DNA of 64,000 nucleotides from Parcubacteria group bacterium CG10_big_fil_rev_8_21_14_0_10_36_14 (GCA_002772895.1 PFCS01000050.1:6728-70727), one strand, 5' to 3'; positions 39,329 to 49,943 are shown, counted from the first letter of the stretch. Numbers and translations are program-made. Notes: generated by a model from the letters alone, not told the origin.

Positions 39329-40351
39329 CTATTTTTTAAAAAAATGTATATTATCTTTAATCCACTTATATAAAATATCAATTCCATCCTCATAATTAGT
39401 TATCGGTTCCCATCCCAAATTCAATTTAAGTTTAGAATTGTCACTTATAAAAATCTTCTGATCACCAATACGCATTTCTCCATGACCAAAATTCAGTTTT
39501 GTCCCCATTTTTTCTTCCAGTAGTCTAACAAAGCTAACTAAAGATAACGAATTTTCCACTCCTCCGCCAATGTTATAAATTTGTCCTGCAGTTATATTAA
39601 TATTTTTGATCGCCATATCATATGCCCTGATTAGATCATCAACAAATAATATATCTCGTACCTGAAAACCATCGCCATATATCATCATTGGTTGATCGGT
39701 CATAGCCACAATAATAAACCAAGCGACCCAGCCTTGATCTTCTTTGCCAAATTGACGATAACCATAAATACAGGACTGCCTAAAAACAACTGTCCGTAAA
39801 TTAAATATTCTGGAATAATCTCTAAAATATTGATCTGCCGAGCCCTTTGAACATCCATAAGGCGAATGAAAATCTAAAGGATACTCCTCTTTTATACCCC
39901 TTGGATAATCAGTGAGTTTGTAAGCATCACCGCTTAACTCAATCTTTTCATTTTCCATTCCACCATAAACCTTATTTGTTGAAGAATATATAATAACTGG
40001 ATTCTGAGCTGAAATCCTTACTGCTTCAAGAAGATTAAAGGCGCCTAGTGCATTACTTTCAAAATCTTCTCGCGGATTCAAAACTGATGAAGTAACTGCT
40101 ACTTGAGCGGCTAAATGTAGAACTACATCAAACCGATAATCAGAAAAAAGATGACTTAGTTCTTCAAAATTTCGAACATCGCCTTTAATAAATTTAAATT
40201 GCCCAAAAGTTTTTAACCATTCAAGATTTTTTTCAACCCCTACTCGACAAAGGTTATCAAAAATGACGACGTCGTGTCCGTCAAGTATAAATTTTTTAGC
40301 AGCATTTGAACCAATAAATCCCGCTCCGCCGGTAATTAATATTTTACTCAT
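39329..40351 (-). CDS. rfbE: CDP-paratose 2-epimerase (tyvelose epimerase)-like SDR
   Basis: HLAAQVAVTSS, SSTNKVYG, FHSPYGCSKGSADQY, EDQGWVAWF. Confidence 0.85.
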   Translation of the reverse strand: MSKILITGGAGFIGSNAAKKFILDGHDVVIFDNLCRVGVEKNLEWLKTFGQFKFIKGDVRNFEELSHLFSDYRFDVVLHLAAQVAVTSSVLNPREDFESNALGAFNLLEAVRISAQNPVIIYSSTNKVYGGMENEKIELSGDAYKLTDYPRGIKEEYPLDFHSPYGCSKGSADQYFRDYSRIFNLRTVVFRQSCIYGYRQFGKEDQGWVAWFIIVAMTDQPMMIYGDGFQVRDILFVDDLIRAYDMAIKNINITAGQIYNIGGGVENSLSLVSFVRLLEEKMGTKLNFGHGEMRIGDQKIFISDNSKLKLNLGWEPITNYEDGIDILYKWIKDNIHFFKK

Positions 40352-41154
40352 AACTTTTTTGCTGTAATCGTATAATTAGTGCCATTGTTAAGTCCAGCTT
40401 CGTGCTGCTTTGTCCTTTTAATTATTGCCTTTAGCATGCTTTTGTTTGAAGAGCTAAACGGAACATATCCGATTGTTTTTATAAAAAATTGTTGAAGGGC
40501 TGAAAGTGGCATTAAAACGTCATACCACTTCATATGCTTTGGCGAATGAGTATATTTTATTTCCACCACTTCAAAACCGGCTGATTTTAAAAGCTCTTCC
40601 CATCTTTCTTTTGTAAACAGGTTATAATGCTTAAAAATCTTATTTACAGAATTCATATAAGCCTTAGCCAAAAAACCAAGCCCTAGCTTGTTAAAAATTT
40701 TTGGATAAAATAAATCCGTCATATAAAAATTAGAGTGTGTGGTAAAAAAGAACACGCCTCTCGGAGCCAACACCCTGTACGCCTCTCTTACTGTTTCTTC
40801 CACCGCGGGAATATGTTCTATGACGCAATTTGATATCGCCATACTAAAACGGTTGTCTGGAAAAAGCATTTTATGCGAAGGGACACATTTTACTTCCTTA
40901 TATATACCGGATTTCTCCGCTCCTCGGCATGCACTCTCAGATATGTCCAGTCCATAAATTTCCCTGAGCACACCTTTGTCTTCCTGTTCTTTGCCCTCTA
41001 AAATCATTTTCAAAAAACTGCCATCGCCACAGCCTAAATCAAGCATCGGATAAGAAAAATCCTTACCAACCATTTCAGTATATTCCCACACCCTGCAAAG
41101 CGCATGGGAAATAGAATATTTTTTCGATGCTTTATTATAAAAATTATCAAGCAT
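40348..41154 (-). CDS. Class I SAM-dependent methyltransferase
   Basis: LDLGCGDG, SNCVIEHIP, RVLAPRG. Confidence 0.88.
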   Translation of the reverse strand: MLDNFYNKASKKYSISHALCRVWEYTEMVGKDFSYPMLDLGCGDGSFLKMILEGKEQEDKGVLREIYGLDISESACRGAEKSGIYKEVKCVPSHKMLFPDNRFSMAISNCVIEHIPAVEETVREAYRVLAPRGVFFFTTHSNFYMTDLFYPKIFNKLGLGFLAKAYMNSVNKIFKHYNLFTKERWEELLKSAGFEVVEIKYTHSPKHMKWYDVLMPLSALQQFFIKTIGYVPFSSSNKSMLKAIIKRTKQHEAGLNNGTNYTITAKKL

Positions 41155-41173
41155 ATCTACGCATAAATACTAT

Positions 41174-41209
41174 ATTATAGTATCAATATTAATTATAATA
41201 TCAATATTA
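41174..41209. repeat. Tandem 18-bp direct repeat (2 copies, 17/18 identical) in a promoter region
   Basis: ATTATAGTATCAATATTA followed by ATTATAATATCAATATTA. Confidence 0.75.
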
Positions 41210-41268
41210 CCCGATTTATCAAAAAATGTAAAGAATTGCTAAGATATTTTAGCCAAATTTAGCAAAAA

Positions 41269-42219
41269 TTATATTTTTTTAAGCAATCTGTTTATCGCCC
41301 TAGAAAGCTTTAGCCTCAATCTAGCCGGCAACCAGAAAAAAAGCCTATCCCGCAACCTCCTAAAAAGGGAAAATTTATTTTCAATTTCTTTCACATATTC
41401 TACCACTTTACGATAATCGTCTTTTTTAAATACAATGCCTTTTTCGGCAGGGCTAGAAGATATTATCATTTCCATTCCGCCAGGAAAAGCCGCACGATTG
41501 CTGAATTTTATAATTTTAAATCCAGACTTTTCTAAAACCTTACCGATAGTATATAAAGAATAGCTGAAAGGGTGACCTATTTGAAAAAATACATCAGGCC
41601 GCTTTTTGACGTTCAGTATATTAGGCACGCCAATATAAACTTTTCCGGAATCTTTTAATATGCTTTTGATGAATTCCAGCTTTTCTAAAGGATCGGGGAA
41701 ATGCTCAAAGGTATGGTGCATGGCAATAAAATCAAACTTGTTTTTGTTTTCCGGTTGGCTGGCAAAATCATCAAAATTGATATTCAAGAGGTTTAAATTA
41801 TAATATTTTTTTCCGGCTTCAACATCAAGTTGCGAAAGCTCTATACCCCAAATATTACAATGTTTCTTCTCTTGTATTATATGGAGAAGCGTCCCAAACC
41901 CACATCCGATGTCCAAAACATTATCTCCCTCTTTTAGATACTCTTCCAAAAAATCATATACTTTTCCCTTTAAGCGCAAATTGCTTTCTTGTTTTTCCGC
42001 AAACTGCGATACATCTTTCAAGCCATGGCTATCGCGTAGAAATTCTTCTTTATGGAATTCTAAATATTCCTCCTCCGAGGGGCGTGGATTTATATAGACA
42101 AGCGAACAATTCTTGCAGATAACATTAATTAAACCTTTACTTAGATTTCCCTTCGTATAAATCGTCTCAGTATTATCTTCTCCGCAAAGCGGACATTTTA
42201 TATAAATATTTTGCTGCAT
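41269..42219 (-). CDS. Class I SAM methyltransferase with N-terminal Zn-ribbon
   Basis: CPLC...CKNCSLVYINP, LDIGCGFG, HHTFEH, VPN. Confidence 0.88.
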   Translation of the reverse strand: MQQNIYIKCPLCGEDNTETIYTKGNLSKGLINVICKNCSLVYINPRPSEEEYLEFHKEEFLRDSHGLKDVSQFAEKQESNLRLKGKVYDFLEEYLKEGDNVLDIGCGFGTLLHIIQEKKHCNIWGIELSQLDVEAGKKYYNLNLLNINFDDFASQPENKNKFDFIAMHHTFEHFPDPLEKLEFIKSILKDSGKVYIGVPNILNVKKRPDVFFQIGHPFSYSLYTIGKVLEKSGFKIIKFSNRAAFPGGMEMIISSSPAEKGIVFKKDDYRKVVEYVKEIENKFSLFRRLRDRLFFWLPARLRLKLSRAINRLLKKI

Positions 42220-42224
42220 ATTTT

Positions 42225-44066
42225 TTATAGATAATTTCTAGCCCAGACTTGAAATGTCATAAGCGACCATATAGTATTCAATCCATACTCTTTTTTATCA
42301 ATATGATTATTTAGTATATCATTTATTACCTCCCAATTAAATAACTCTGCAGTTTTTGAAGAATAACCGGGAGAAAGAATCTCACAGACCATCGGTTTCA
42401 AATCAGTACGCAACCACTTTGCCGCAGGCGAGAAAAATCCTCGCTTCCTCTCTTCTAAAACAAACTCCGGCAGAATATCCGCAAAGGCATTTTTTAAACA
42501 TTTTTTTCCTTGATATCTACTATTTAATTTATATTTTGACGGTATCCTAAAAGCTAGCTCCACAAGTTCTTTATCTAAAAAAGGCACTCTTTCTTCAAGT
42601 CCGTGAGCCATTGTCAGTTTATCACTACGAATAAGTGACTCATCCGGAAGCCAAGTTTTTAAATCAGTCAATATCATTTGATTAACGTTATCTTTTACAC
42701 TTTTTTCAAAATACCTGGTATAAGCATTCCTTACAGAATAAGCATTATTGAAATCATTATTTAAAAATCTTGATATAACATCTTCTTTCTGCGCCATAAA
42801 AAGCCAAAAACGGTCCAATCCGTGTTCACTAGATAACTTTTTTGCCAACTCTTCTTTACCAAAAATTCCTCCGATAGATTGAACAATTTTTTTATTCATT
42901 AACAACGGGAAAAACATTCGCGCTCTTTCTATAAAATAGTTATAATAATACCTATCATAACCCCCAAAAGTTTCATCTCCCCCGTCTCCCCCTAAAACAA
43001 CTGCGACCTGATTTTTTGCTTCTTTCGCAAGAATATAAGTTGCTACTTGGATATGATTGGAGACCGGTTCATCCATAGCAATAATACAATTTTCAAAATT
43101 ATCCTTAACGTCTTTTGCCGTAATAGTAATTGGAGTATGCGCTGTATTAAAATACTCGGCAGTTTTTTTCGCTAAGTTAAAATCCGCATTAAATTTTTCT
43201 TTTTCAATCTCTGTTTCAAATCCAACTGAAAATGTTTTTATCGGTCCCTTTGCGCTCTTTGTCATTGCCGCGCAAATAATACTTGAATCAAGCCCGCCTG
43301 AAAGAAAAAGTCCAACCGGCCTATCAGAAATAAGCTGACGTTCTACTGCACGTTCCACTTGTTCTCTAATCAATATCCGTAGATCAGCCTCACTCTCTTT
43401 TAGATATGTCCCCTCTTCTAAATCGTAATAACTTTCTATTTTTAAATTATTATCCTTTACAATTGCGAAATGTCCGGGCTGTAATTTCATAATTCCTTGC
43501 CACATCGTTTCTGGACCTAAGCAATATAAAAAACGCAAGTATTTGTTCAATGCATCAATATTTAAATCTTTCCTTACATTTTCATATTCCAAAATTGCTT
43601 TTACTTCTGATGAAAAAATAAATTTTCTATTGTTATGCCAGTAATATAGTGGCTTTACGCCAGATTGATCACGCGCCAAAAAAAGCTCTTTCTTTTGCTT
43701 ATCCCAAATAGCAAAAGAAAAAATTCCATTAAATTTTTTCAGCGCATCTTCCCCCCATTTTATAAAACTGTATAGAACAACCTCCGTATCGGAATCAGAT
43801 TTAAAATTAAATTCTAATAATTCTTTTTTTATTTCTTTAAAATTATATAACTCGCCGTTATAGGTAATAACAAATCTTCCATCAGCGCTCTTCATTGGCT
43901 GACTGGCCTTATCACTCAAATCAATAATAGCTAACCGCCTATGTCCTAAAGAAATATTTTCATCCAAAAAAATACCCCCGCCGTCAGGTCCGCGGTGAGT
44001 AATTTTTGTATTCATCTTTTTTATCAAGTCTTCGTCGCGCCAATTAAAACCGTTTATTCCACACAT
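42225..44066 (-). CDS. asnB: Asparagine synthase (glutamine-hydrolysing)-like amidotransferase (WbpS-type)
   Basis: Ntn start MCGING (44066), HRGPD, NGELYN, LSGGLDSS, GDGGDE, RVPFLD. Confidence 0.93.
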   Translation of the reverse strand: MCGINGFNWRDEDLIKKMNTKITHRGPDGGGIFLDENISLGHRRLAIIDLSDKASQPMKSADGRFVITYNGELYNFKEIKKELLEFNFKSDSDTEVVLYSFIKWGEDALKKFNGIFSFAIWDKQKKELFLARDQSGVKPLYYWHNNRKFIFSSEVKAILEYENVRKDLNIDALNKYLRFLYCLGPETMWQGIMKLQPGHFAIVKDNNLKIESYYDLEEGTYLKESEADLRILIREQVERAVERQLISDRPVGLFLSGGLDSSIICAAMTKSAKGPIKTFSVGFETEIEKEKFNADFNLAKKTAEYFNTAHTPITITAKDVKDNFENCIIAMDEPVSNHIQVATYILAKEAKNQVAVVLGGDGGDETFGGYDRYYYNYFIERARMFFPLLMNKKIVQSIGGIFGKEELAKKLSSEHGLDRFWLFMAQKEDVISRFLNNDFNNAYSVRNAYTRYFEKSVKDNVNQMILTDLKTWLPDESLIRSDKLTMAHGLEERVPFLDKELVELAFRIPSKYKLNSRYQGKKCLKNAFADILPEFVLEERKRGFFSPAAKWLRTDLKPMVCEILSPGYSSKTAELFNWEVINDILNNHIDKKEYGLNTIWSLMTFQVWARNYL

Positions 44067-44184
44067 TTTATTTTTTTGCAATTAAATATAAAATATCTCT
44101 CCTTGCCGAAAAAATTTCCGACTTTATTAAGATTCAATTTTTTAAAAACTACCTTTATATTATTTTAAACACAAATAGAATAGT

Positions 44185-45120
44185 TTACTTCTTCTGTAAT
44201 ATTCTTTGTGAAATAAATTTTAAAATTTTTTTAGTGTATGCGGGAATTACATAAAAAGAATCAGAAATTATCCTTTTTCTAATATATTTTTTAATTTCTT
44301 TATAAGAATTCTCGTTTTCTAAATTTAATTCTAAAATATTACTTTCTATTCTAGTAGCAATTACTTGAATACGAGAGGGTTTTTTAACATTCCTACTAAT
44401 TATTTTAAACCCACCATTTTTTAAAACCCTACTTAATGTAGCTGGCGAATAATTGTAATAATGCCAAAAATCGAAAAAATGCCTTACTCGCCGCTCAAAA
44501 TTTAGAATATTCGGAACTTCTATATATAAAAATCCATTCAGATTTAAAAAAGTACTAATCTTTTTTAATATTTGGACTGGCTCAGAAAAATGTTCAAAAA
44601 CATGATGCATTAAGATAATATCAAATTTTTCCGCGCCTCTTTCTTTATCATAAAATTCCTCAAAAGTGCCATGATAAATATCAAGACCATACTTGGCTAT
44701 CGCGTAACAGGCTGAAGTAGCCGGCTCTATCCCCTTAGTTTTGCAACCATAGCTATTTTTAATGTCTTTCAAAAATAAACCAAAACCGGAACCGATTTCC
44801 AATACATTATATTCTGGTTTTAAAAATTTTGATAAAAAAGTCAAATTAATATTTTCACCCTTATTCTTTTCCAATACGTGTTGCATATATTCTTCTATCT
44901 TTTCTTCAGTATCTAACGCGAAACAACTGGCAACATAATTTTCTTTAGAAAAACCCATTACATCATTCGGCGCCTTTCTCGGATTTATATAAACTAAGCC
45001 ACACTCTTTGCAAATAACATTATTAAACTTCACAAGCTTTTCCCCTCTTTTAAAAATACCCTTATTGTAAATAAGCTCCGAACTACTATCGTTACAAATC
45101 GCACAAGTTATTTTTTTCAT
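44185..45120 (-). CDS. Class I SAM methyltransferase with N-terminal Zn-ribbon
   Basis: CAIC...CKECGLVYINP, LEIGSGFG, HHVFEH, IEVPN. Confidence 0.88.
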   Translation of the reverse strand: MKKITCAICNDSSSELIYNKGIFKRGEKLVKFNNVICKECGLVYINPRKAPNDVMGFSKENYVASCFALDTEEKIEEYMQHVLEKNKGENINLTFLSKFLKPEYNVLEIGSGFGLFLKDIKNSYGCKTKGIEPATSACYAIAKYGLDIYHGTFEEFYDKERGAEKFDIILMHHVFEHFSEPVQILKKISTFLNLNGFLYIEVPNILNFERRVRHFFDFWHYYNYSPATLSRVLKNGGFKIISRNVKKPSRIQVIATRIESNILELNLENENSYKEIKKYIRKRIISDSFYVIPAYTKKILKFISQRILQKK

Positions 45121-45171
45121 AATTTATGATTTTACAAAAATTCTCTTGAAACTCCACCTATTCCACGCGCC

Positions 45172-45918
45172 TTATTTCTTTGTAATTAAATATAGAGTGT
45201 CTCTTCTCGATTGAAAAATCTCTGACAATAACCAACTTAAAAATTTTGGAAATTTTTTAAAATTAAACATCCATTGTTTTTTAAAATAAGTATTATGCAT
45301 ATGGACTTCCATGTCTTTAAATCCAACAATCTTTGCCATTTTCTTTAATTCATCCGCAGTAAATTCTCTAGTATGTCCATACGGCTGACCGTTCACGAAA
45401 AAATCATCAAAATCCCAATATACGCTTTTTCCAAACAAAAATCTTGCTTGTTTTAAAAAAGTCGCCAAATTAGGAGTTGATAAAACCAAGATCCCGCCCG
45501 GCTTAAGAGTTTTATATATTTTTTCTAAAAATCTTTTTTGACTATAGCCTAAATGTTCTATAACGTTTTCAGAAATAATCGCATCATAAGTTCCCTCTTC
45601 TAAACTACAATCAAAAAGATCTTCCACTTTTATATCCAATCCAAACTTTTGCCACAAGTCTTCTACGCCCTCTATCCCCCATTCTTCCAAAATGTACTTA
45701 TCAATCCCACTTGTTTTTGCTCCTAATAAATTTAAGGTATGTACCAAGATACCGAGACCACTTCCAACTTCTAATATTTTTTTATTTTCAAAACTACCCA
45801 TCCTTTCCTTGAATAAAGACAGTGTATTCAAGTGCTCCTTCTCCTCTTTTTTCCATCTTTTAGAAAGAGGCGATAAATCATGATACGATTTTTCTAATTT
45901 TATTTTAAAATCTTCCAT
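45172..45918 (-). CDS. Class I SAM-dependent methyltransferase
   Basis: LEVGSGLG, VIEHL, LKPGG..STPN, HTREFT. Confidence 0.88.
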   Translation of the reverse strand: MEDFKIKLEKSYHDLSPLSKRWKKEEKEHLNTLSLFKERMGSFENKKILEVGSGLGILVHTLNLLGAKTSGIDKYILEEWGIEGVEDLWQKFGLDIKVEDLFDCSLEEGTYDAIISENVIEHLGYSQKRFLEKIYKTLKPGGILVLSTPNLATFLKQARFLFGKSVYWDFDDFFVNGQPYGHTREFTADELKKMAKIVGFKDMEVHMHNTYFKKQWMFNFKKFPKFLSWLLSEIFQSRRDTLYLITKK

Positions 45919-45919
45919 A

Positions 45920-46924
45920 TTAATTTCCTGCTTTTATATATTCTCCCATTTTTTTAACAAGCGACTCTAAAGAATGATTTTCTTTAACAATTTTGCGCGA
46001 TTCTTCTATCGATAAAAAATTAATATTTTTTATATATTCTGCAATCGCTTCCGGCGTTTCTTCTTTTGGAAAATCCGGTAATCCAATCGCTCTGGCATTG
46101 TTTGACGTTGTTACTACTTGCAGTCCGGCAAGCATCGCCTCTATCATTGTTTTATCAATAGTTTCTAAAGCCATATTTACCATAATCTGATATTGAGGAT
46201 ATATTTTTAAAAGTTCGGGCATTGGCACAGAACCCATCAGTTTTACCCTATCTACAAGATTTAATTCTTTAATTAAATCCTTTATTTCTTTTGCATAGTT
46301 ATCCTCTAATTCACGACCATAAACTGTTAGGGTGTATTCATCAGGTAAAAATTTTAGCGCTTTTATTACCAAGTCGAGACGTTTTGAGCGACATACCCTG
46401 TGTATCGATAAGAGTTCTGTCTTTGCCCTTCTCTCGTTCTGAGGCGTAGCATTAAAATCCCAAAAACGCATGTCTATCCCATGTCCAGTAACTATCTTTT
46501 TAGGATCTCCTTCATACTGAGGCATACTATTTTTTGTTGCGCAAAAAAGACGTTTACAAAGCCAATGACTAACTCGTAAAGGAAAATGCATTGTATAATG
46601 GGTGTACCATAAATAAACAGGGGTATTTTTTATCCGCCAAAATAAAGCACCGGGTACAATCCATTTTGGATTCATATGAACAAATACCCTATCATAATCA
46701 AGGCTTAAAATAAGTTTTAAAAATATCAGCATTGACTTAAACTTACTAAATCCTTTTTCACGGCCTAAAGAATAAACTGGAAAATTGTCAGTATAAACCT
46801 CTTTCTCATGACAAATAACACTTATGTCAAAGCCTTGGCGTATAAACTCTTTCACCCAAAGAGAAGCGAATGCAAAATCATCATCTCGCTCATGTATCTT
46901 TGTGGTTATAAATAAAAGTTTCAT
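45920..46924 (-). CDS. Glycosyltransferase family 4-like
   Basis: GHGID, R..SKRL, ETIDKTMIEAM. Confidence 0.8.
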   Translation of the reverse strand: MKLLFITTKIHERDDDFAFASLWVKEFIRQGFDISVICHEKEVYTDNFPVYSLGREKGFSKFKSMLIFLKLILSLDYDRVFVHMNPKWIVPGALFWRIKNTPVYLWYTHYTMHFPLRVSHWLCKRLFCATKNSMPQYEGDPKKIVTGHGIDMRFWDFNATPQNERRAKTELLSIHRVCRSKRLDLVIKALKFLPDEYTLTVYGRELEDNYAKEIKDLIKELNLVDRVKLMGSVPMPELLKIYPQYQIMVNMALETIDKTMIEAMLAGLQVVTTSNNARAIGLPDFPKEETPEAIAEYIKNINFLSIEESRKIVKENHSLESLVKKMGEYIKAGN

Positions 46925-48009
46925 ATATTAAGATGTTCGGCTAATATGCCCATTATCCTTTTGCTTGCATTACCATCCCAGCCCATTATTTCTCCTTCTC
47001 TTTTTTTCCACTCACCATTCAAAACTCTTCCCACAGCTTCAAATATTTTTTCTTTATCTCTTCCCACAACTTCATTTGTTCCAAGTTCGCAAGTTACCGG
47101 TCTTTCTGTTTCTTCGCGTAAAGTAATACATGGCACATTAAAAATAGTCGTCTCTTCCTGTATTCCGCCGGAATCAGTTAAAACGAATTCGGCATTTTTT
47201 TGTAAATTTATGAAATCCAAATATGGTTGAGGTCCTAGAATAGTAAAATTTGCAGTCAAATTAAAATCTTTTAACGCTTTTTCTGTTCTAGGATGAAGCG
47301 GACAAATAACGGGTATACTTTTATTTATTTCATTGATAGCAAAAAGTAATTCTGCCAGATGTTTACCATCGCTTACGTTTTCCGTGCGATGCAAAGTTAA
47401 CAAAGCATAACCTTTCGGAGTTAAAGAATTTTTCACAAGAGCATCAGACCTCTCAGATAAATCACCAAAATGTAAAAGTGTATCAATCATCACGTTACCA
47501 CTAAAAAATACTTTATCCTCTGTAATGCCCTCTGCTTTCAAATTATTAACAGCGCTATTTTCGGTTACAAAAAGAAAATCTGACAGATGGTCTGTCATAA
47601 CTCTATTTGCTTCTTCCGGCATTTTCCAATTAAAACTACGGAGTCCTGCTTCAACGTGGGCGACTGGAACATTTTCACTGGCTCCAGCCAAGGCTCCTGC
47701 TAAAGTAGAATTAACATCTCCGACAACAACTATCAAATCCGGTTTTAATGCTCTGATATATAAAGAAAGCATTTTTAAGGTCTTACCGATCTGCTCCCTT
47801 CTCGATCCAGAGCCTATGCCCAAGTTTGCCAAAGGTCTTGGCATTTTGAACTCTCTAAAAAATACTTCCGAAAGTTCGTCATCATAATGCTGTCCCGTAT
47901 GTATTATTCCTATTTGCAACTTATCCGCATATAAAGAAGCCGCCCTTGTAAGGGCAGATATCTTCATAAAATTAGGTCTGGCTCCAGCTATAAATAGGAT
48001 TTTCTTCAT
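46921..48009 (-). CDS. wecB: UDP-N-acetylglucosamine 2-epimerase (non-hydrolysing)
   Basis: GARPNFMK, HTGQHY, GDVNST, HVEAGLRS, TDSGGIQEE. Confidence 0.95.
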   Translation of the reverse strand: MKKILFIAGARPNFMKISALTRAASLYADKLQIGIIHTGQHYDDELSEVFFREFKMPRPLANLGIGSGSRREQIGKTLKMLSLYIRALKPDLIVVVGDVNSTLAGALAGASENVPVAHVEAGLRSFNWKMPEEANRVMTDHLSDFLFVTENSAVNNLKAEGITEDKVFFSGNVMIDTLLHFGDLSERSDALVKNSLTPKGYALLTLHRTENVSDGKHLAELLFAINEINKSIPVICPLHPRTEKALKDFNLTANFTILGPQPYLDFINLQKNAEFVLTDSGGIQEETTIFNVPCITLREETERPVTCELGTNEVVGRDKEKIFEAVGRVLNGEWKKREGEIMGWDGNASKRIMGILAEHLNI

Positions 48010-48034
48010 AATTCGAAAAAATTATTATTATAAT

Positions 48035-48063
48035 ATAATAGAGGAAAAAGGGCAAAAAGTCAA
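48035..48063 (-). promoter_or_regulatory. Internal sigma70-type promoter upstream of wecB
   Basis: TTGACT-17 bp-TATTAT. Confidence 0.6.
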
Positions 48064-48070
48064 TATTTGT

Positions 48071-49198
48071 CTAATTTTCCACAAATTTTAAAATATTTTC
48101 CGCTCTATTATCCCAAGAAAACCATTTTGCGAATGTCTCAGTATCTCTTACCGAGCCTGAATACTTTTCATAATTTGATAATACTTCTTCTATCTTATTA
48201 CTCAAATCATCTGGATTGTCCGGTTCAAAAAAAACAACCTCTTTTTCACTCACCACCTCCCTTATGGATGGTAAATCAGACGCAATCACCGGTTTACCAG
48301 AAGCCATATATTCAAAAAGTTTTAGAGGTGAAGTCTCGCGTAAAGAAATACGTTCTCTGGCAGTATTTGGCAAAACTAAAACATCTGACGCTCTTAAAAA
48401 ATAAGGTATCTTTTTATATTCTTGGTGCCCTAATATCAAAGTAGCATCATCGTTACCAAAATCTTCACGAAATTTTTTTTCATCTTCCCTTGTGCCACCA
48501 ACAAAGACAGTCAAAACATCTCTGCTCATTTTTCTTGCCGCCTTCCCAAGTGTTTCCGCCCCCTTCCAAGAATACAGGTGTCCTGTATATAAAACTATTT
48601 TTTTATCTTCTGGTAAATTCAATATCTTTCTGGCTTCAGCTTTATTTTCTTTAATATTGAAAAAATCAAAATCAACTCGATTTGTTGCTACTAATATTTT
48701 TCCTTCATTAATGCCAAAGCTATTTATCAACTCCTGCTTTTTAAAAGCGTTAGTTGTGATAAATTTATAAATTTTTTTAAATGCAAATCTTGTTATTTGA
48801 TGCTGATTTGGAGAATCGTGTATTTCATACACTACTTTTTTTCCAAATAAAGATAGAAAAAAGCTTGACCAAAAATCACGGCTAAAAAATAAATCAGCTT
48901 GAGAAAAAGCCAATCTTAAAGAAACAAAAATCGCAAAAGAAATATTCTGAAAATAAAAGGCAGCTCTACCAAAAAGCCATTGCATCGGCAAAAAATCCAA
49001 AGAAAATATTTTTTTAATTTTAAAATTCTTTTCTACACCATAAAAATCAAATGGATTTTTTTTAATATAATTAATCCGCCAAGGCGACCACAAAACAACC
49101 TGGTGCTTTTTGCCCCAGGCCTCGCACATTTTCATAATTTGTCCGCCATGCGCCTTTTCGGTCGGCATCCTGACATTAGCGATATAAAAAATCTTCAT
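48071..49198 (-). CDS. Glycosyltransferase family 4
   Basis: PTEKAHG, YTGHLYSWKG, SPLKLFEYMASGKP. Confidence 0.92.
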   Translation of the reverse strand: MKIFYIANVRMPTEKAHGGQIMKMCEAWGKKHQVVLWSPWRINYIKKNPFDFYGVEKNFKIKKIFSLDFLPMQWLFGRAAFYFQNISFAIFVSLRLAFSQADLFFSRDFWSSFFLSLFGKKVVYEIHDSPNQHQITRFAFKKIYKFITTNAFKKQELINSFGINEGKILVATNRVDFDFFNIKENKAEARKILNLPEDKKIVLYTGHLYSWKGAETLGKAARKMSRDVLTVFVGGTREDEKKFREDFGNDDATLILGHQEYKKIPYFLRASDVLVLPNTARERISLRETSPLKLFEYMASGKPVIASDLPSIREVVSEKEVVFFEPDNPDDLSNKIEEVLSNYEKYSGSVRDTETFAKWFSWDNRAENILKFVEN

Positions 49199-49208
49199 TT
49201 TGATTATA

Positions 49209-49943
49209 TTATAATTTTCTTATTCGTTTCCATTGCCTCAACATTTTATATATCCATATCATAAAAAATCCCGATGCGTAAAAATATAAATACCAGTCTA
49301 TATGCCCTATGAGAACGGCTATAATAAGCACAAAAAACATTCCCGTGCCGGTAAAAAAATTTCTGTATATTAAATAAAATATGTTTGTGGGTGCCTTTTT
49401 ATACTGGAGCCAACCGTAAGTCTTGCCTTGTTTTTCCGCGACAATCCTCTGCATTGCGTCATACCTAAACTCCGCAAGCCGAAATAAAAGCTTTGATACA
49501 GTCGCTATAAGGGTGGCTATTAAAGGCAGACGGTTTCCAAGAATCAATGACTGGCCGATACCTATCGGCAAAAAATAAAAGGCATACATTATGTCATGAC
49601 TTACCGGCTCTACATAAGCGCCACCTATATTTCCTCCTTGAGCGGATTTTTTATAGCGCGCAACTTCGCCGTCACAAGCATCCAATATGAATGATATGAA
49701 CATCAAAATAAGTCCAATTATATAAAAATTCACTCTTCCAAAAATAAATAGTGACACTCCTGACAAATAAAAAATAGTTCCAAGCGCTGTAATCTGATTT
49801 GGTGTAATAGGTGTATGGATAAAAACATGGGTAAAATAAATAGAAAAAATCCTGTTTATCCTACCCTCAATGCTTTGTGTTTGCCATGAAGGCGCGTATT
49901 CTGATTTTTGGCAAATCTTTCTAAGTTCTTTTATTCCCGACAT
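49209..49943 (-). CDS. CDP-alcohol phosphotransferase family membrane protein
   Basis: TPNQIT and DACDGEVAR...G signature; TM helices. Confidence 0.88.
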   Translation of the reverse strand: MSGIKELRKICQKSEYAPSWQTQSIEGRINRIFSIYFTHVFIHTPITPNQITALGTIFYLSGVSLFIFGRVNFYIIGLILMFISFILDACDGEVARYKKSAQGGNIGGAYVEPVSHDIMYAFYFLPIGIGQSLILGNRLPLIATLIATVSKLLFRLAEFRYDAMQRIVAEKQGKTYGWLQYKKAPTNIFYLIYRNFFTGTGMFFVLIIAVLIGHIDWYLYFYASGFFMIWIYKMLRQWKRIRKL

